Below are positions 21,354 to 33,102 of a stretch of DNA of 64,000 bases, piece by piece. Position 1 is the first letter of the stretch. Each line of letters starts with the position of its first letter. Position numbers and translations under genes: made by a program. Source of the DNA: Fimicolochytrium jonesii (lineage: Eukaryota); assembly GCF_025526975.1 (NCBI RefSeq), contig NW_026515681.1, forward strand, positions 1-64,000, read 5' to 3'. The notes under the pieces were generated by a model. It saw only the letters and a program-made list of their open reading frames with translations. It ran no database searches and was not told the origin of the DNA.

Positions 21354-21435
21354 CCGTCTGACCGCCTTGCCCTAGGTGATGCATGTCAACTCCTGTCCTG
21401 CTTTCTCCCCAGCTGTTTCTTGAATTTCCCATGTA

Positions 21436-21549
21436 CAGTCAGTTCGCAAAAAGCTGTGCACTCCTCGAGACTGTAAGTCAGTGTCTCGCATAAGCTGGGC
21501 GGCGCGGCCGCGTGATGAAGGGGGTGCACAGCTTTTCGCGAACTGACTG
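21436..21549. mobile_element. 114-bp Tc1/mariner-type MITE
   Basis: TIRs CAGTCAGTTCGC(A/G)AAAAGCTGTGCAC (26 bp, 1 mismatch), flanked by TA on both sides (21434-35, 21550-51). Confidence 0.85.
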
Positions 21550-22800
21550 TATCTACCCTGCGAGGAGATTGGTTTTCTGTATTATTGGGGGTTCGGATTT
21601 CCATCATTTTGCTTTTTGAGTCTGATGTACATACCCCTGTATTAGTTTATGCACTCTCACCCCCATCCATTCCAAGGTCTTTGAAACCCTTTCCCCGCCC
21701 TCCCCTCCCACGATTCCTGCACTAGCAGCCGTGTCGGGGCGGGGCACCCGCCAGCACGCCATTCCGATCCCATGTCCGTGCATTTCGTTACCGGGAGTTC
21801 GAGTCCGGCTGCCGAGGGGCGCCATGTCTCGGTATGCTGATTGATATCAGCGTCGCGGCATCCTGTAATGATGCGAAGCTCATCGGGGACATACTTCAGG
21901 GATTCATGAACGCAGATGAGCTTCCATCGCAGATGGTTCACGTTGCGTCGATTGCATTATTGGTCCAGGGAAGTGGGGCGTGGGCATTCCGGTCCGCGGT
22001 CTGATCCTCTGGCACCACGTTCCGGCGAGTTTGCCGTCGTTACCATCAGGTCAAGCTCGTTCCAAATCGGTTTGCCGAGATCACAAAACCAGATACGGCA
22101 GCCGATGAGCCGGCCCACATCAAAGGTGAATACAAATACTCTGAGGCCAAATCGTACCGGGGACTCCCTGCTTGGTCCGGTGTCCGCTCCGTCGCCGAAC
22201 CGCACCATGCCAAAGTCCTCACGATAGTCTCCACCCTCCGGTCGCTTTACAGTGTAGGCCAACTGTCCGCGAGCGATTCCGGGCAAAGTCCTGTGGATTT
22301 CGGAAAGGCGCGGTCGATGAGGCCCGGAATATCGCGATCAATGTGAACATGAACACACTACATGGAGGTCGAAACGCGGAATGCCAACATGCTCCCACTC
22401 CGTGACGCGTAACGTGAAGTCCGTCCGATCCCTCCGATGCATCCTGCGTGGAAGGTCCTTACTTGGCATGCACCTACACTACAGTACATCCTTGCTCGCA
22501 ACTTCCAGCCTTTTCACTCCCTCCCAGTCTCCTTGCCCCGTCACTGCCAGTATCGCACGGTATAACCTTCATTCAACAACGAACAACGAAAAACAAAGCG
22601 CATGTGTTCTTCAACACTTCCTTTTGGTGTCATTGAACAGACTCACATATCTTCTATACAAACACCATTCTCTATACAACATCTATATTCTATCGCAGTC
22701 TACTTGTCCTATGTACTGTCTTTTCGGTGTATATAACGCCGGGGGGATGATCCCCACCTACCCACCGGTCACATCGACATCCGCTCTCTCCGCCCCATCT

Positions 22801-24000
22801 TCACTTGCCGTACTGGATGCTCACACACTGGTGGTAGAACGGGTTCTGGACCTTGCACCGTGAGCCGGGCTGGCAGCAGGTCGGGCCCTTCCAGTTCGTG
22901 CCGCCGCATTGGTAGTAGAGGGGCGCGCATGGTCCCGGCGGCGGCGTCGCCGTCGACGTTGCGGGGGGAGGAGCCACGGGGGTCGTGGTGGGCCCGACGG
23001 GGGTCGTGGTCTCGTCGCAGTAGGGGAGGTCGGTCTCGGTGGGCACGGTGGTGGTCTCGTCGCAGTACGGCAGGTCGGTGGTGGGTGTTGGCGCCGCGAC
23101 GGTTGTTTCGTCGCAGTACGGGAGCTCGGTCGATTCCGTGGGGGTCGGCACTACGGTCGGGGTCGACACGGGGACGGTGGTGCCCTTCGACCGGGTAGAT
23201 GCGACCACGGTGGTCGGGGCCGGAACGGGAGGGGGAACAGGAGCGTCGCCGGCCGCACCCGCCGGCCAGACAGCCGGGCCCGGGATGGGGTATGCGCCTT
23301 TGTTCTGGTAGATATCGAACACGACACCCGGGGTTGTGGGCGTGTATGCCCCGGGGAAGGCGACCTTCTCACTCGGCCCGGTCGCCGATCCTCCGCCGGA
23401 CAACTTGATCTGGAAGCAGTTGGGGTAGAACTGGATCCCGGGGAAGCTGAACGCCGAGTGGAGGGCGGCGATCTCGTGGCGGACGATGTACTCGCCGTCC
23501 TGCAATTGCTTCGGGATCGTGAATGTGTACGGCGTGGCCCCGGATTCGAGGGGCTCGGACGCCCATGTGCCCGAGGCGGATTTTCCCTCCTCGTGCACTT
23601 TGAACCACACGGCGGCGTCGCCGGGTTTGTAGCCCGCGCATCCGGTGGCGGGGCAGCGCGCCATGTAGGTGAGGACCGGGCCCTTGTGGGAGGACGGCCA
23701 GGCGGTCCATTTGAGTGAGATGGAGCTACCGGCTGTGGCGGGTGCGACGAGCGGGGCCGGGTCGGAACCTGACCCGGCGTTGCCGTTGCATTGAATGTCG
23801 GCCGAGAGCATGTCGACGGGGCCGTTGCCGGGGGTTTTGCGGAAGATGCGTTGCGGGTTGGGTTGGGTGTACGGGTCGCGGTAGGGGTCCCATGCGGGGT
23901 AGGTGATGCCGTTGATGGTGGCTTCGGTGACGAGGCCGTGGGCGTGCGCGCCGATGACCAGCGTGGAGAGGGTCGCGAGGGTGGCGAGGGTGAGATGCAT
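22801..24000 (-). CDS. Secreted AA9 lytic polysaccharide monooxygenase with Pro/Thr linker and C-terminal CBM1 (399 aa, intronless)
   Basis: Signal peptide MHLTLATL...GAHA is followed by His1 (HGLV). Motifs SHKGP and RHEIAALH...QFYPNC; CBM1 YYQCGGTNWKGPTCC...NPFYHQC. Confidence 0.96.
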   Translation of the reverse strand: MHLTLATLATLSTLVIGAHAHGLVTEATINGITYPAWDPYRDPYTQPNPQRIFRKTPGNGPVDMLSADIQCNGNAGSGSDPAPLVAPATAGSSISLKWTAWPSSHKGPVLTYMARCPATGCAGYKPGDAAVWFKVHEEGKSASGTWASEPLESGATPYTFTIPKQLQDGEYIVRHEIAALHSAFSFPGIQFYPNCFQIKLSGGGSATGPSEKVAFPGAYTPTTPGVVFDIYQNKGAYPIPGPAVWPAGAAGDAPVPPPVPAPTTVVASTRSKGTTVPVSTPTVVPTPTESTELPYCDETTVAAPTPTTDLPYCDETTTVPTETDLPYCDETTTPVGPTTTPVAPPPATSTATPPPGPCAPLYYQCGGTNWKGPTCCQPGSRCKVQNPFYHQCVSIQYGK

Positions 24001-25081
24001 GGTTGCTGTGTGGTTGCGGGGGGTGAAGGGCGGGTGATGTGCGGGAGAAAGTGGAGGCATCGGCTCGCTGCACTCTTTATATACGAAAGCGAATGTGAGG
24101 AGTAACGAGGGCTTCGACCTCGTCTCTGACGACGTCCGCATCTACATTTTTGCATCCTCTCTCATCAGTCGCTCACTGGTCTCCTCACGCAAAAAGCCCC
24201 AATCTGATCCTGGCGCCCGCAAAACCTCCACGCTCAAAGACCTATAGAACTGGAGCGCACATTGTTATGCGACCGAACGCACTTCGCGGACGGGATGGGG
24301 CATGATTGTTCTCGCGTACGTAGATGGGGGGGCAAGTTTTTGTCCTGGCGCTCTTGACCGGAAGGCGCAAGACCAATCAGTTGAGTTACCGGGCTCAAAA
24401 GCGCTTAGCTAACGATACCGACCGGAGGGCCAGCAAACCAGCAAACCAACGAACAAGTTTGAACGTGTTGACGGCATTGTTTTCCCCAAGTTGTCCGCCC
24501 AAGAAACCCAAAAGTTTTCGGCGTATCCCCGTCCGCCGCTTTATGCTGATTGGTTGGTTCGCATTTGGAGAGCGCGGAATGGACGAATCAGCGAATTGCG
24601 CGCATTTCCCGTTTAGATTGAGACCGGCCACAACTCCCTGTTGAACCAACGGTGGTGGCAATTCTTTTGGAGTCGGGGACCCGTTGATTGACGGGTGGAT
24701 TCAATTTTGACTGGTACTTCTCGCCCCCTGTGTTTCACATTCCAGGATCACGTAATCGCGTAATCAGGTATTTCGACAGCGCGCCGTCTTCAATACACTG
24801 TCGAAAACCGCATTCCGCGAAAAAAAAGCCTGAATGATGTGCGGTACAGAACACACACCGCCGAAATGCGCATTTTCTACATATCGTACAAACCACCGGT
24901 CCATTCGTCTCGCCATCGTCTCCTAAACGCAAAACCCACAGACAGTCGTTCTACAAGAGGGAGGTTTCAGAGTGGAGGGGACCATCCATACACCGTATAA
25001 ATGCTCACATGGGTGGGGGGGGATTCTACATACATAACATACAACGTCCACTACCATATAACCCTTTGACTTTCGCCGCCG

Positions 25082-28000
25082 CTACTTCTGCTTCCCCCTC
25101 CACCCCAACTTCAACCCAGCCAGGGCCATCACGGCCCACCCGGCGCCAATCGCGACCACCCACCCGACGGCCCTGCCCCAATTCTCCCTCGCATACCCAT
25201 GCCTCAACTCCGTGGTCAGGTCCTGCAGCTCCGCCCACGGCCGCGCGGCGGCTTCCTTGATGTAGTACGCCTCGACGGCCCAGCGCGGGGCTGAGAGCGT
25301 CCAGAGGTATTGGAGGGCCTGCGGGTAGGTTGTGATGGAGGGCAGCGAGGGGGTGACGCCGCCGAGGATGAGGGACCAGAGGAGGACGAAGCCGGTGGAG
25401 GCGAGGGGGACGGTTGAGGTGGGGAGGAGGGTGGAGAGGAAGTAGCCTACGGATGAGAGGCGGGGGTGTGTTTGTTAGTCGGGTGTGTTGGGAGGGAGAC
25501 GCGTGGGGGGTGGGGAAAGCAAATAGACCTACCCATTGGGAATGCAGCGAAATACAAGGCGAGCACAACCACAAACACGCTCGCGATCCCCTGTCTCACT
25601 GGCAACAGCAACACCAACGTCGCAGTGAACATGACCCCGGCCACCAGAATCCTCGGCAGATCCGCAGCCCACTTCGCCAAGAAATACGGCACAGCAGGCA
25701 TCCCACTGCTCACGTCCCGCCAAAACACCGTGCGTTCCCTCCCGAACGTCGCCGCGCCGCAGGTCACGCCCGCGAACAGCACGCCGAGGGCGATGAACAT
25801 GCCGCCGTTGGAGAGGGTGTCGATGGGTTTGGAGCAGCCGGGGCCCGAGGAGAGCAGCGGGGAGGAGCGCGTGCAGACCGCGGCGGGGTACAGGCCTAGG
25901 TAGGTGTTTTCTTGGGCGGCGATGCCGATGAAGGTGCCGCAGAGGAGGTGGATGAATTGGTCGAACCAGAAGATGGAGCGGGAGCGGTAGAGCTGGGGGA
26001 GGGGATGGGGGGGAGAAGTTAGGTACGCTATTCTCTCCTCGTTGCAGCTCCCAAACCTCAAAACCAGAATTCGCCCCCGGGGTAAAAAACTCACCTGCGT
26101 ACAAGCCCTCAAATAACACAACCAAAACGCCGCCAAAAACCCCGGCGTCCTCCTCACCCCATCCCCGACCCCAACCAACGTCTTCAGACCCCCCCAAAAC
26201 TCCCTCCCCACATCCTTCCAATACGCCCCCACCCCCGCAAACATCTCCACCACCTCCGCAACCATCAACGACCGCTTCGCAATCCTCCCAATCATCGTCT
26301 TGCTGGGCCTCAACGCCGTCGTCGCATGCAGACCCTCGATGGGGTCTTCACCGGCGACATACAGCTCCCACGCGCGGAACAACATGGTGGGTTCAAAGTG
26401 TTTGGCGTGTTTGCACTCCACGCGGCCGGTCGCGACATCCATGAAGAAATCGGCGTCCCCCTCCATCGCGCTGCGTTTGGTGAAGCCGAGGTTATGGAAA
26501 TACGCGGGGGCGGCGTCGCGGGGACCAAAGTAGATGATGCGGCCGCCTTTGCCGAGGAGGAGGAGGTCGTCGAACTGGGTGAAGGCTAACGGGGTTGGGG
26601 AGTGGATGACGGCGGCGATGGTCATGTTTTGGGTGCGGGCGATGCGGTGGAGGAGGGTGCTGACTTCGTGGGACGTGGCGGAGTCGAGGCCCGAGGTGGG
26701 TTCGTCGAGGAAGAGGACGCTGGGTGGGGATTTGAGTGTTAGGACAGACCCGTCGCCATCGGGGAAGGATAGAACAAAAAGTCACCTGGGGGCTGCTACC
26801 AGTTCCATCCCGATGTTAACCCTCTTCCGCTGCAAACCGCGAAAAACGGGTTTAGTCATTTCAATCAGTCAATCAACCGTAGAGATGCATCACAGCAAAC
26901 CATACCTGCCCGCCACTAATGCCCCTCTCAACCTCATCCCCCACCACACTATTCATAACCTGCCCCAACCCCAAAAACGCGATCGTCTCCAACACCAACT
27001 CCTTCTTCCTCGCCTTATCCCACTCCTTCGGCAGCCTCATCAACGCCGAATGCATCAATATATCAAACACCGTCAGTTCCCTCAGCATGACGTCCTCCTG
27101 GGGTACGAAGCCGATCAGTTTCTGGTAGCGGGATAGATCTTCTTCGACGTCGTTGATGAAGACTTTGCCCGCCGTGCGGGGGGCTTTGTTGGTGAGCAGG
27201 GAGACGAAGGTGGTTTTGCCGGCGCCCGAGGGACCCATTACCGCGCAGACGCGACCGGGACGCAGGTGGCCGGTGACGTTGCGCATGATGGTGGTGCCGG
27301 TCGGGAGGGTAAGGGAGAGGTTTTCGAATTTGATGTCGAAGGATTTGTGTAGGGTTGTGGCGTGGCGGGACGGTAGGGCGACGCCGGTGTCGTCGTCGTC
27401 GGAGAGGAGGAGGGTATCGTCGCTATTGCTGTTGCTAATCGGGCTATCTGCGCCCAAGAGCTTCTCTTTCCCGGTCCCTGCCGCATGCTGGGCCTTCTTC
27501 CGGGTCGGCCCGCGCTTAGCAGCGGCCGCGCGTCCATTCAACCTCGCGGTATACTTGCCCGTGCGTTTTTTAACCACCCTCCGCCTCACACAGAAGAAAA
27601 ACGACACAATGATGACTACGACCAGCAGCAGGGCCAAGATCCCATACCGCCTGACCGTCGACGATCCCTCGGGGCAGTACGCCAGCAGACTACAGTCCTC
27701 GGGCTGCACGGACCCCAGCCCACACCACTGTCCCTCGGGACAGATGTGCACCTCGGCGGGGGTTGGGCAGTAGAACCCTTTACAGCAATAAACGGGCTCG
27801 TAGGTGTTGCGCGGGCACAGGAACCCCGGCGGGCACTTATTCTCTGCTTTCGGCGGGGACGTAGCGTTTCCGTTATCGGCGGGAGATTGGCAGAAGTAAC
27901 CCGGGGTGCAGGTCCAATTTGCCTGGAGGTACTCGCAGGGGATGGAGGGGAAGTCGATGGCGGGGGCGAGCTTGACGTTGGTGGCGATTACGGCGAAGGC

Positions 28001-28406
28001 GAGGTTGAGGGAGTCGGCTTTATTTTGAGGCGTCATTTCGGAGGTTAGGGCGAGCATTTCCGTTTGGTTGTGGCGGGCGCTGTTGATGACGGTGGTGATG
28101 TTGTTGCCTTCGTCGTCGTCCGTCTGTTTTTTTCGACAAGGTCAGTGTCATATTGTCCACCACATATCGCACCATACGCTCCCATAAAAAAAAACTCACG
28201 AAAGCAGCAGCAGAAACCTTCCCCATCGACGGCGGCAAGAACCCATCGAACGAAATGGGGATATCCTGTCCTGTCTGTCCATTCTGCCCGTTGGGTGCAT
28301 TCTGCCCATTCTGTCGCCGATGGAGTGTTCTCTTTCTGGATCCCAAGCCCTCACTGTTCTCCGTTGCACCCGTACCCTCCCTTCTCTCTTGCAAAACAGG
28401 CGACAT
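25082..28406 (-). CDS. ABCG-family half transporter with Cys-rich extracellular N-terminus (multi-exon; start uncertain)
   Basis: Walker A GPSGAGKT, signature ISGGQ, Walker B VLFLDEPTSGLD, H-loop VIHSP, TMD with RERTVFWRD, and C-x-x-G-x-x-C-P repeats before a TM helix. GT-AG introns are visible. Confidence 0.9.
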
Positions 28407-29234
28407 GGACGCTTTCTCGTTTCTGTGCTGTGGTTGCTGTTGCTGGTGGGAACTTGTAGAAAAGAGCGCCGCTCATACACCTGGGCAATATATATGGGAT
28501 GGGACGTTGGGACTGGACACCTGGCGCGCATACGAGAGGCTTCGGAGGTGGTGCTGGTTTATTACAGTATTACCTCCCAAGCTCACAACAAGGTGGCAAG
28601 CAGCGCACACCGCCGTTGTCGGAGCCTCACCCACCGCAGCTCAGTGAATTTGATGCACTCTGTTGGGTTGGAAGCCTTTGGGAGCGGCATGCGGCCAAGC
28701 GAGGCTTCGCTTCTCGCCCGTGGATGCGGCCGCGTAGTCACAGAGTCACCATCCCCCTGTACATACATGTAAAGGAAAGCGCGTTGGACACACCAGAGTG
28801 ATATTGTGGACTCATAAAGAACAGAAAGAGCATCAAGAATAGAGATAAACTGTCTAGAAAGGCACGTGTTTGCAGCCACAGATCACATGATCTTTGACAA
28901 CGGCTTCAGAGTTACAACCGAATTCGACAGCGACACTGCCAAACGATCTCTGCCCGTCAGGTAGACTTTGGAAGGCATCTCTTTTTACTCTCTCTCCCGC
29001 TACGAGTTCACCCTTTATCCCCAGCCCCACGTCGACAAGTACGTTCAGCGGCGCCCAATACTCCCCTCCCCGTGTTTGATGTGAAAAACTCGGAAGCCAT
29101 GAATGACTTGGTTTTCGGGTCTCTCCCTCGCCCAGAAACTTTCACATTTCAGATACTCTTTCCACGCTCTGCAACAAAAAACGAACCACAAAAAACCGTC
29201 CACCTGCCATCATGTCCACTTCCCCAAAGCTCCA

Positions 29235-32200
29235 TTACACATCATCCACCTGACTAGTCCTAACCGGATTCGCATTCCCACTCCTGAGCTCGGACATCGT
29301 CGCCCCCTGATTCTTCTTCCCATGACTCTGATGCAGAAACTCCGCCAATTCTTTCGCATCCTTCGCATGCAACACCAACTGCACCGTGCCGTCCACCGTC
29401 CCGATCGTCAACGTCGATGGTCCACTATTGCTCGCCTGCGCCGCAGGTTCCGCTCGCTTCTCCATGTGCGCCTGCGACGCCGCGCGGGACTCCACCGTCC
29501 CCGCCTCATCCCTCAACGTCGCGCGGTCGGTGCGGAACACACGCACGACGCCCGGTTTGGCGTTCCCCGCCGCCTCCGCCTCCACATCCACGTCCTCCAG
29601 CAACAGATACCCGGGACACGCCGACACGTTGGTGACGGCCCACTTGCCCGTGATGAAGTTCCGGAACGAGAACAGCGACCCGCCGGAAGCGATGATCAGC
29701 GTCGGCACCCGCGGGATCTGGAACCCGCCCACCTTCCGCCCGCTGGAACTCGCGCCCTCTTTCGGCCGGTGGCCTTTGGGGAGCTGCGCGAGGGACATTT
29801 TGGATTGGTTGGCGCGCGAGGAGGCCATCGAGGAGATCTGCGCGGACGTGTCTTTGCGCGCGTGGGCGTGCGTCTGCGAGTCTTGGTAGAGTTGCAGGAA
29901 TTTGGGGCCGAAGATGCAGAGTTGCGTTACGCCGGTGCCGAGGAGGATCCCGATGCTGCGGAGGGTGAAGGCCATGGTTGCAAAGGTCTGAGCAGAAAAG
30001 ATAAGATCAGCACGACATAGTATGGGAAGCAAAGTCCAACATAAAATGACAAGCCATTTTGGAAACTACCCACCGTCGTATACACCAACGGCAAAAACAA
30101 CGAGCAAACCGCCACAAGATTATAAACACTCAGCCCAATCCACTTTGTCTCATTGAACGCCGACACCACGCCTCGAGTCTTATAACTCAGCAGCGTCGTG
30201 AGCGCAAGCAGGAGGCCGTTGAACGCGATGCTGATGGCGGTCATCACGCGCTGCACTTTTGCGTTGGGGGACACGCAGGTCAGGACCGATTCGGTCGCGC
30301 TGACCATGATGTCGGTGGGCACGGGCTTGCTGGCGAGAACCCAGATGAGCGAGATGAGGAGTTCGACGCCGACTAGCCTGGGGGTGTGTGTGAGTAGGTT
30401 GCGTGGTCGAGTATAGCGAGAGTGGAGAAACCTTACCCGGCGCTGTAGGAGAGCAAATGAATATCCTTCATAGGTTTCTCCATCATCCTCGGATTATTGA
30501 AGATCTGCCCAAAAAAAGAGTCAAAAGTCTCCCCTCCCCCAGTCAAAACCCACCCCCTCGCACCCGCACAACGATACCTTATAGACGCGAAACGTCTTTG
30601 CCATCAAATTCGAGAAAACCAGGCCAAACGCCACATTCAACACAAACGGCTGCAACACACACACGCCCGTGCTCAGCTCGCCAATATACAGCAGCGGCGC
30701 CACATCCGCCACCGTCAAGCCCACCAAGATCATTGCCAAACTCTTCCAACTCGCCCGCTTGATCGCCACTTTATGGCGGAGATGCACCACCGCGATCAGC
30801 GAGGCGATGTTGGTGGACAGCAGCAGCGCGGAGAGGAAGGCGAACCCGGCCCCTTCGCCGGTTTTCCAGACCGGGTTGAGCCGCACAAGCGGGGGAAAGT
30901 CGAGGGGGACCGTCTTGGACCCGCCATAGAAGAGGAAGTTTTCGGGGTAGAGGACGAGGCCCGTGGGGAGGAAGTCGGCGACGACGGGGTAGTTTAGCTC
31001 CGAGCTTTGGAGTTGGATTTGGACTGAAGAGGGAGGGGATAGGGGGGGGGGGGGGGGAAGGGTTGGGGGGGTGGAGAGGGAGACGTATGAGGAGGTCCGA
31101 CCACGAAGGATTTCGTACCATTTCATTTGCGTTCGTCCCAAATCTTCACTCACCATGCTCATACATAATATCCCCATTGCTATCAAAATTATACGGGCCC
31201 GTCAGCCCCTGTATGCTGGTATTGAAGTTCGAGATGTCCGAGAACCCCTTCATCTCCTCCTTCGTGAAATCCGGATCGGACAGCAGCGTCGCGCTTAGGT
31301 TGTTGTTCTTCAGATAGGCGTCGTACCCGTAGAAGACTGACATTGCGCAATCCCATATCATGCTGAAAAAAAAGGGGGGGTGGGGGTTAGAAGGTGCATC
31401 GAGAGAGATATCTGGGGACGGGGTCTAACACGTACTCCTGGGAATAATAATACCACTCATCCAACGCAGTGTCGGTCGTGTTCGTGTAGACCTGCCAGAA
31501 GTTGTCCAGATACGTCTTATAGGCATCGGTGGTCTGGTCCATATCCGTGATGACGACCGACACGACGGCGTTGTTGGCCGCCTCCTCCTTGCCGAGCACG
31601 TTCCTGATCGAGATGTTGAAGTAGGGGCTGTCGGCACTCGCCGCGTCGATGATCCCGTTGCTGGTGACCCACACATGGTCGGGGGTGACCAGGCCCGCGC
31701 GGTGGGCTTTCGTCCACAGGAGCGTGGTCTCGATGTCGGTGCCTGTGACGATGATGATGCGGGCGTCGCTCTGCCTGACGAGAGCGAGCGCCGCGTCGTC
31801 GTCGGCAGCGACGCCGGTGTTGAAGCTGGATTGGGCCAGCAACGTGACGTTCTGGTTCGCGGCGGCGTTGACGATGGGTTGGATGTAGGCGGTCCCGTAC
31901 AGTTGCGCGGAATGCAGGTAGGCGACGCGGTTCCAGCCCATGGCCATCACGTACTGGACCAGGTAGATGCCGACGTCCCGCACCGTTCGCGTCATGCGGA
32001 AGGTGTTGGCGTAGGTGGCCCGGTCAGAGAACTGCGTCCCGCCCACCAACGTGAAGCAGGTCGGGATCTTGAACCCGGACGTCACCAGCGCGGCGTACAC
32101 CGCCTCGTCCGTCGTTTCGGGCCCGATGACGGCTATCACCCCGCTGGTGGAGACGTTGTAGGCGGCTTTGATGGCCTGCGCAGGGTTGGGTTCGTCGTTG

Positions 32201-32505
32201 ACGGTCGTGTCCTGCTTGACGATGGAGACAAAGGTGCCGTTGAGGATGTCGTCGCGGGAATTGACGTAGCGCACGGCGGCTTGGAGGGAGTAGACGGCCG
32301 CATAAGGGGGCCCTTCAGATTGCGTGTAGTCCCATACTAGGCCGATTTTGAGCGGGATTTTGAGCGGGTCCGGGATGGGGTCGCTGGGGACGTGCGGGCT
32401 TGGGTCGCTGGAAACGTCGCTGGAGACGTGCGGGATGAGACCGGCTAGCGTGAAAAGGGCGAGAAGGACCCATTCAGTCGACGTGTGCCGGAGGTGGGAT
32501 AACAT
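29235..32505 (-). CDS. Class C (GABA-B-like) GPCR: signal peptide, Venus-flytrap/ANF-receptor domain and 7TM_3 (multi-exon)
   Basis: VFT motifs AVRYVNSRDDIL, VIAVIGP, FSDRATYANTFR, MGWNRVA and GLTGPYNFDSNGD. TM motifs LVFSNLMAKTFRVYKIF, FNETKWIGLSVYN and IFGPKF. No Cys-rich domain between VFT and TM1. Confidence 0.9.
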
Positions 32506-33102
32506 CTTTGTCGTCGGCGGATGAGTTCGCCTTTCCAGCGACAGGATGGCGGATATCGGCGAGAGTTTGACAGTGGATCGGTTCAGTTTTCACAGCCGAC
32601 CTTGAACCCTTGTATACGAACTGGGAGCTATCCGGGGATTCCTAGCACATCTTTGCCAGGGCGATAGTTAGTGCTTTTTCACTTCGAATTGAATTGAAAT
32701 ACCGAATCATTCTTGCCATCCCGAGGCGGAGTATTCACCACCGGTACGTATTCCGCGTCCCTTCCGGGCCACTGAACCAGGGTGGTTGAATATTCGGATT
32801 GTTTACCAGCCGAACAGGGCGGGCAGAGCTGCGTGAGCGTAAAGGGGATTAAGATTCTATCGTGCACATTTCCGACGGTGTCTTTATGCGTCTCTTTTGT
32901 CTCGTTCGGAGTTGCCTCATGCAGGTGTCGCGCCTGTCAGAAGCATGAATGATGTCAGTGAGTCATGGTGACTCATCAAGCATCGTCCGCGTTCCCCCCC
33001 CCTTCTTTCCGCCGGTGCGTTTTGGCAAACTTCGAGACGATACGAAAGCCCAAAGCGAAAAGCGACCAGGAAAGCTGGCAGGGACGTGGCTCGACATCCC
33101 AT

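Noticed and set aside
21600..22800. Several short ORFs between the MITE and the LPMO
   Set aside because: No recognisable domains or consistent exon structure; part is the LPMO 3' UTR.
24001..24141. N-terminal extension of the LPMO ORF
   Set aside because: AA9 requires His1 directly after a signal peptide, which fits the ATG at 24000; the extension contains a TATA-like TATATAAA.
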